Notes under the pieces: generated by a model | Databases searched by the model: none | Seen by the model: the letters and a program-made list of their open reading frames with translations, nothing else | Told to the model about the DNA's origin: nothing | Made by a program: the position numbers and the translations under genes | Source: an uncultured Kineothrix sp. | GTDB lineage: Bacteria; Bacillota; Clostridia; Lachnospirales; Lachnospiraceae | DNA length: 40,639 nucleotides | Direction: 5' to 3' | Assembly (NCBI GenBank): GCA_910588855.1 | Contig: CAJUSR010000032.1 | Coordinates: 1 to 40,639 of the forward strand | Part shown: one piece after another, positions 35,486-40,639 of the stretch | Numbering within the stretch: position 1 is the stretch's first letter | How the letters are laid out: each line of letters opens with the position of its first letter

Positions 35486-36325
35486 ATGAAGAGGAAAATG
35501 TTAATGAGGATGCTTGCGGCGGCTTTATCTGCCTCCCTGCTTGCGGGATGCGGCAATACCGCAAAGCCGGCTGACAGCGGCAGTGTTGTTACAGCAGGAG
35601 AAGAAGAGGGGACAGGTGCGGCTGAGGAGGCGGATGTGGAAGAAGAACCCGGTTCAGAAGAATCAGAGGAAGCTGATGTAGAAGAACCCGGTGCTGGGAA
35701 TGAGCCGGAGGAAGCAGATGCAGGGCAGAAATCGGAAGAGAGCGAAGTGCCGGAAGATGAGACGGAGCTGGAACCTGTCAACTGGCTGGAGGAACACGGG
35801 ATAGCCATTACACCGCAGGGAGATTGGCCTGTGAATTTATACGGTTATGACAGTTATGTGGAAGATTATGTGTGCGATTTTGAGGCGGGTGTGAATGTTG
35901 CCATCTCAGAGACAATAGAAGGGGCAGACGAAGGCTTCAAGAAAGTGACCGCAGTGTATACAGTTGATATGAGCAATATGCCGGAAGAAGTAACTGGCTG
36001 TAGGTGGAATACCAGCTCATTTGACAGGTATACCGGCACATACTTTAGGGGGAATGCTAAGACCAAGGATGCAGTCAGGATTGGCGATGAATACTATGAT
36101 ATACGGACCGAGTATGAGCAGGAGAATAATTGGCCGCTGTCCATCGTAACGTATACTGTGACTTGCCCGGCTGATTATGACGGCACAGTGTTCCAGTTTG
36201 GCTATACTTCACCAGAAAAAGGGGAGGAGTATGATAAAAATGACTATACAGCCAGACTGTATACGATGGATGAACTGCCATATTATGGGGAAGGATATCT
36301 ACGCTTCACCCTGACAGATGAATAA
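35486..36325 (+). CDS. Lipoprotein with an acidic Glu-rich low-complexity N-terminal region and a C-terminal globular domain ending in FTLTDE
   Basis: RBS AAGGAAGGAG before ATG 35486. Lipobox LLAGCG. EEE/ADVEE repeats. A remnant of a paralogous 3' end lies at 33940-34003. Confidence 0.6.
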   Translation: MKRKMLMRMLAAALSASLLAGCGNTAKPADSGSVVTAGEEEGTGAAEEADVEEEPGSEESEEADVEEPGAGNEPEEADAGQKSEESEVPEDETELEPVNWLEEHGIAITPQGDWPVNLYGYDSYVEDYVCDFEAGVNVAISETIEGADEGFKKVTAVYTVDMSNMPEEVTGCRWNTSSFDRYTGTYFRGNAKTKDAVRIGDEYYDIRTEYEQENNWPLSIVTYTVTCPADYDGTVFQFGYTSPEKGEEYDKNDYTARLYTMDELPYYGEGYLRFTLTDE

Positions 36326-36700
36326 GATGGTACATATGTTTTGATTCTGCAAGAAACAGCCAAGAAAGACCTGCCCGGACGGACAGGTCTTTCTTGGGTT
36401 ATAGATATAAAATAACATGTTTCATATACATTGTTTATTCAGATATATGTAGAGTTCTTTTATTGACAGTATAATAAGTACCCCCGGGCTTAAGGAACAT
36501 TGGGGAAAAGAAAGAAGGTTACAGATATTCCCCGGATAGCTGAATAAAGACGGCTGGTATCTCTCAGGGGTGGCGGGCGGGTTCAGACCAGTATGGGGTG
36601 TGAGGCGATGCGGCCAGCGTTATGTATTGTGCCTTTGGCAGTTCACCGGCTCAGCCGGTTATGATGGGTTGCTCTGGGGTACTGAGTTTTGCCAGTTGCT
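36260..36700 (+). repeat. Copy 2 of the roughly 420-bp duplicated module, starting inside the 3' end of the lipoprotein gene
   Basis: It contains the perfect hairpin CCAAGAAAGACCTG-CCCGGACGGA-CAGGTCTTTCTTGG (36360-36397) and the same degenerate resolvase-tail segment as copy 1. Confidence 0.7.
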
Positions 36701-36780
36701 TTGTTCCAGCCTCAGGGGTACTTGCTTTTGCCAGTTGCTTTGTGTCGGCCTTGGGGTACTGAGTTTTACTGAATGCTTCC
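36676..36780 (+). repeat. Tandem array of about 2.7 copies of a 38-39 bp unit (GGGGTACTGAGTTTTGCCAGTTGCTTTGTTCCAGCCTCA)
   Basis: Units lie at 36676-36714, 36715-36752 and 36753-about 36780. The unit is related to the resolvase-tail remnant sequence in copy 1 (GGGGTACTGGGTTTTACCGGCGCG). Confidence 0.65.
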
Positions 36781-36933
36781 ATATGTGAAAAAACCTCCAT
36801 GTGCTTCCAAAGGCCATCCAGTCTCTTGGGCTCATCCGCCGGATGGAAGCCGATGTCCATGAATCTCTGGTGAGATGGCAGTAAAACAGGGAGGCAGTTC
36901 CCACATCTTTGAGGACTGTCCGTTTCCGCTCCA

Positions 36934-37300
36934 GGGGTAGCATTTTGTCTGGAGAAATGTGCCATATGGCTTTTGACAGGAGGCAGTATCCCCTGTCACA
37001 ACTTTCCCGGCTTTGTATTGAGTGGCACTTATGCAACGCGAGGCCTTACGGGGGTAGCGTTCTGTGTGGAAAAATGCGCCATATGGGATATGACGGGAGG
37101 CGGCCTCCCCTGTCACAACTTCCCCGGCCTTGTATTGAGTGGCACTTATGCAACGCGAGGCCTTACGGGGGCAGCGTTTTGTGTGGAAAAATGCGCCATA
37201 TGGTATATGTTGGGAGGTGGCCTCCCCTGTCACGACTTTCCCTGCCTTGTATTGAGTGGCACTTATGCAATGTAAGGTCTTCCGGGGTAGCGCACTGAGT
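36934..37300 (+). repeat. Tandem array of about 3.1 copies of a 117-bp unit containing the dyad GGGAGGCGGCCTCCC
   Basis: Units start at 36934, 37051, 37168 and 37284 (partial), giving periods of 117, 117 and 116 bp. The ORFs called on both strands across it are artefacts of the repeat. Confidence 0.8.
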
Positions 37301-37694
37301 TGATTACCGTTTTTTTTGGCAAGAAAGAATTGATTAAAAATTTGATTACCGTTTGCCCCTAAAAATAATCTTATTTTTTAATCAAATATAGGGAAGCGCG
37401 TATTTGCGCCATTTTTTCCCGGGGGTACGGGAAAAGGAAAAGCCGCCCGTTGATTAATAATTTTTGATGGCGGGGGTATTCCTGAAAATTGAGGTGGTAG
37501 CGGCCTGTGCCAGTTGGCGTTCCCGCGCAAGTACGTTGTTTTGTTCAGAGAAGTTTTATTTGCTAACAAGTTTTTATTGGGGTATAATATAAATATAATA
37601 ATTTGTGAAACGGTAAGGTAGGCGATGGTATGCTGGCAAAGTATGAAGGCCTTAGTTTGCGGGAGCAGAAGAAAGCAGAGTGGGAGGTCATGAT

Positions 37695-38138
37695 TTGAGG
37701 ATTTATCTTGATATGTGTTGCTATAACAGGCCATACGATGACCAGTCACAGCTAAAAGTTGCTATGGAAACCCAGTCTAAATTGTATATTCAATCTTTGA
37801 TAAAAGATAAAAAATTGGAGTTAATTGTATCATATATGCTCAGGTATGAGTGCAGTAAAAATCCGTTTGAAATGCGGCGTAATACAATTTTTGACTTTAT
37901 GAGGGAGAATGCCTTTGGATATGTAGGTGATGAACGAAAAGAAGCAGTGGAGGCAAAAGCCGCTGAGATTATGAAAACAGGGGTTAAATTTAAAGATGCC
38001 TGTCATGTTGCTTCGGCAATTTATGCGAGATGTGAATATTTTATAACTACTGATGTACGACTATTAAAGTATCGTACAGAAGAGATAAAAATGGTGACAC
38101 CGATAGAGTTTATTACAGATATGGAAGGGGATGAATAA
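37695..38138 (+). CDS. VapC-like PIN-domain protein (putative toxin/RNase), toxin-first arrangement
   Basis: The N-terminal RIYLDMCCY carries the first PIN acidic residue. The C-terminal KDACHVASAIYARCEYFITTDVRLL matches the DAlhlA...iTtD PIN signature. A TTG start with RBS GGGAGGT is likely (the ORF track extends to a GTG at 37680). A TTGGGG-N-TATAAT-like promoter lies at about 37575-37600. Confidence 0.55.
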   Translation: MRIYLDMCCYNRPYDDQSQLKVAMETQSKLYIQSLIKDKKLELIVSYMLRYECSKNPFEMRRNTIFDFMRENAFGYVGDERKEAVEAKAAEIMKTGVKFKDACHVASAIYARCEYFITTDVRLLKYRTEEIKMVTPIEFITDMEGDE

Positions 38139-38366
38139 ATGGCGATAAGTACTGTTGAGATTTTGAACCGGGGAATGAGATGTTTAACGGAACAGATGGG
38201 TATTGTTGAAGCGGAGCATTTTATTTCTGCAATTATTCGAGAAAAATTTGATTATACAAAATGGCAGAGGGATTATTTTGATGCTAAGACGCCAGAAGAA
38301 ATCAGTGCGGAGGCATCTCATTTTGAGGCGGCACAGCCTTTTGCTGGTAAAGCAGTAAGGCTTTAA
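38139..38366 (+). CDS. Small 75 aa protein translationally coupled to the PIN gene (candidate antitoxin partner)
   Basis: ATG immediately follows the PIN stop codon. No recognisable motif. Confidence 0.35.
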   Translation: MAISTVEILNRGMRCLTEQMGIVEAEHFISAIIREKFDYTKWQRDYFDAKTPEEISAEASHFEAAQPFAGKAVRL

Positions 38367-38475
38367 TATGAGAAAGCGCCGCCTTTCAATCAGTTACACC
38401 TTTGTTACACTCATCGAGGGAAGATGGCGCAACCTCCTTTCTTTACTGGGTTTTCGGGCATTTGAGGTTAGCTTC

Positions 38476-38590
38476 GAATCCTCTAGCGCATGTTTTTTGC
38501 GCTTGCGTACGTGGTTTTTTGGGTAGGCGGAAATGCTGATAAAACAGGCATTTCAGCCTTTTTTCTTTTGATTTTTTGGGAAAAAGGAGC
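38476..38590 (+). repeat. attR: duplicated tRNA-Arg 3' end plus terminator-hairpin segment, a direct repeat of 28797-28880
   Basis: CTTCGAATCCTCTAGCGCATG...GGCGGAAATGCTGATAAAACAGGCATTTCAGCCTTTTTTCTTTT. Confidence 0.7.
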
Positions 38591-38700
38591 TGTTGCAAAA
38601 GTAGATGAATAATCACTACTGGAGCAATGGCTCCGTTTTTTTGTGTCTAGAAACAGAAAAGCAGACTCCGAAGAGCCTGCCATCCGTGGTATAATAAGAT

Positions 38701-40307
38701 ATGTCAAGTAAATTAAAATACCATAAAAATTATACCGAATTTGGCGAGCCTTATCAACTGGTTTTGCCATTAAGTTTGGAAGGTCTGGTCCCTGAAGATG
38801 ATTCTGTCAGACTGCTGATCCACGAACTGGAGGGTTTAAACTACAGCTTGCTGTACAAGGCTTACTCTGCCAGAGGCAGAAATCCGGCAGTTGACCCCAA
38901 GACCATGTTCAAGATCCTGGTCTATGCTTATTCCCAAAATATCTATTCTTCCAGAAAAATTGAAACAGCCTGCCGTAGGGCTATCAATTTCATGTGGTTA
39001 CTGGCTGGACAGAAGGCGCCCGACCACAGCACGATTGCAAGATTCCGTACAGGCTTTCTGGCAGACGCCTGTGAAAGTCTTTTCTATCAGATGGTAAAAG
39101 GCTGGAACAGGCGGGTGAACTGTCAAAGGAGACTGTATTCATTGAAGGGACAAAGTTAGAAGCCTGTGCCAACAAGTATACCTTTGTGTGGAAAAAGTCT
39201 GTTGGGAAATGGGAAGAAAAGATGTTCCGGAAGATACAGGAAGCAGTACAGATTCTGAAGCATGAATACATACAGGATTTTTCAGTTGGCGCAGAAACAA
39301 GGACGCGGGATATGCAGGAGATATGCATGTTTCTGGAAGAACGATGTCAGGCAGACGGGACTGCCTTTGTCAGCGGACGTGGAAAAAGGAAGAGCAGGAA
39401 CCAGAGATATCTGGAATTGTTCCTCAGGTTTCTTGAACTCCAGAGGGACTATGACTGGCATACGGCAAGCTTTCAGGGTAGGAACAATTACTGTAAGACA
39501 GACCCGGATGCCACCTTTATGCACATGAAGGATGACCATATGCGTAATGCCCAGTTAAAACCGGGATATAATGTACAGATTGCCGTGGACAGTGAAATAT
39601 ATCGTGGCAGCTGATATTTTCCAGGACAGAAACGATGTATGGACGCTGGTTCCGTTCCTGAAAACAATGGAAGAAAAACTGGGGCTGCGCTATCCAAGCG
39701 TAACAGCGGATTCAGGCTACGAAAGCGAAGAAGGCTACAGCTTTTTAAGGGAAAACAGACAGAAACCTTATATAAAACTCCAGACCTATGAGAAATGGAA
39801 AAGCGCAGCTTTAAAAAAGATATCAGCAAACGTGAAAACATGGGATATGATGAAAAAACTGACACATACACCTGCCATGCCGGGAAATCATTGTCCCCTC
39901 CTTTTATTAAAAAGCAGAAAAGTAAGAGCGGCTATGAACCAGAAGTAACTATTTACGAATGTGAAGACTGTACGGGCTGTCCGCATAAAGAGAAATGTAC
40001 CGGTGCCAAAGGGAACAAGCGGCTGTACATTTCCAAGAGCTTTTTAGAGAAGTGTCAGGAATCTTATGAAAATATCATGAGTGAAAAGGGAATCCGATAC
40101 CGGATGAACCGTTCGATACAAGTAGAAGGGGCATTTGGGGTTCTGAAAAATGATTATAACTTCCAAAGATTCCTGCTGCGTGGGAAAACCAAGGTAAAAC
40201 TAGAGATCCTATTGCTGTGTATGGGATATAACATCAATAAACTGCATGCAAAAATCCAAAAGGAACGTACTGCGAGCCATTTTTTTCCAGTAAAAGAAAC
40301 AGCATAA
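38701..40307 (+). pseudogene. IS1182-family transposase broken into at least 4 reading-frame segments (a frameshifted pseudogene, or sequence errors)
   Basis: N-terminal transposase domain (KTMFKILVYAYSQNIYSSRKIETACRRAINFMWLLAGQKAPDHSTIARFR). Middle DDE segments (QIAVDSEIY...; TADSGYESEE). C-terminal Cys-rich tail (YECEDCTGCPHKEKCTGAKGNKRLYIS). Frames are 1/0/1/0 for ORFs 38701-39159, 39186-39614, 39571-39948 and 39795-40307. Confidence 0.7.
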
Positions 40308-40581
40308 AAGCCAAGAAAAACAAAAGCTTTATTTAAGTATGCCAAGAATCCAGAAAGTTTCTAAAACAAAAGGATTGTATCCAGATTTTTCATAATATAG
40401 AACGAAGGTGCCGCTCAAACATCTATTTTGATGATTTTGCGACACCCTCTTTCTTAGCGAAACAGGTACGTTTTAATGTTTTATGTACATTTTCTGTGAT
40501 TTACATATGTTTGTTATGTGTTGTATATATGGTTTTAAGATGGCGGGAATGCTTTGGAAAAGGCATTTGCGCTTTTTACTA

Positions 40582-40639
40582 TATAGGATTCGGGTGTCAA
40601 AAGGTCTGCCCGGCAGTGCCGCTTGGCAGATTGCACAAA
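40582..40639. mobile_element. Start of another copy of the MITE terminal inverted repeat, truncated by the window end
   Basis: TATAGGATTCGGGTGTCAAAAGGTCTGCCCGGCAGTGCCGCTTGGCAGATTGCACAAA matches the 23063-23120 inverted repeat with 3 substitutions. Confidence 0.55.

Larger units (their letters stand above)
28797..38494. mobile_element. tRNA-Arg-integrated genomic island of about 9.7 kb. It is bounded by a direct repeat of the tRNA 3' end plus a terminator hairpin (attL 28797-28880, attR 38476-38590) and has arm-type TTGTTACAC motifs just inside both ends.
   Basis: TTCGAATCCTCTAGCGCA...GGCGGAAATGCTGATAAAAC.GGCATTTC.GCC followed by a T-run appears at both 28797-28880 and 38476-38590. GTAACAAATCTTGTTACACTTTGTTAC lies at 28897-28925 and GTTACACCTTTGTTACAC at 38386-38404. 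A frameshifted integrase sits next to the tRNA. Cargo is foreign-looking (a GC-rich patch, a methyltransferase, a toxin module). Confidence 0.7.

Noticed and set aside
36832-37298. ORFs of 100-133 aa on both strands across 36832-37298
   Set aside because: They are entirely composed of the 117-bp tandem repeat. Mirror-image ORFs on both strands with repeated peptide blocks indicate repeat artefacts.
37625-37698. 22-23 codon ORFs immediately upstream of the PIN gene as a possible VapB antitoxin
   Set aside because: They are far too short for an RHH/AbrB antitoxin (usually 60-90 aa). The alternative frames give unrelated peptides, so the arrangement is better explained as toxin-first with the downstream 75 aa partner.

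Overview
This is a low-GC chromosome segment (roughly 40-45% GC) that looks like Firmicutes/Clostridia (Lachnospiraceae-like). The first 28.7 kb are mostly core genes, all on the + strand except one divergent pair. They are: a hybrid sensor kinase with a solute-binding lipoprotein; two tandem WYL-domain regulators divergent from rtcB; a roughly 0.5 kb non-coding stretch after rtcB with tRNA-like motifs; an SPFH-domain gene; a five-tRNA cluster (Glu, Ile2/Met-CAT, Asp, Val, Leu); a blaI/blaR1-like pair; an AraC-type response regulator, histidine kinase and solute-binding sensor upstream of an mglBAC-like sugar ABC transporter; small surface lipoproteins; a 245-bp MITE with 58-bp terminal inverted repeats; AraC plus a GH13 alpha-glucosidase; and a Trp T-box leader upstream of trpB2. 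At 28744 a tRNA-Arg(ACG) gene marks the integration site of a roughly 9.7 kb mosaic genomic island (28797-38494) bounded by a duplicated tRNA 3' end plus terminator. The island carries a frameshifted tyrosine integrase, a ribbon-helix-helix-fused Dam-like adenine methyltransferase, an 840-bp iteron-rich non-coding region, and a GC-rich patch holding a degenerate (Ser to Cys) resolvase paralog next to an intact small serine recombinase. It also carries a 420-bp module duplicated around an acidic protein and lipoprotein pair that embeds tail remnants of both gene types, 39-bp and 117-bp tandem repeat arrays, and a toxin-first PIN module. Immediately outside the right island junction sits a multiply frameshifted IS1182-family transposase, and the window ends inside another copy of the MITE inverted repeat. 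All calls rest on reading the sequence and ORF translations by eye; no searches were run.
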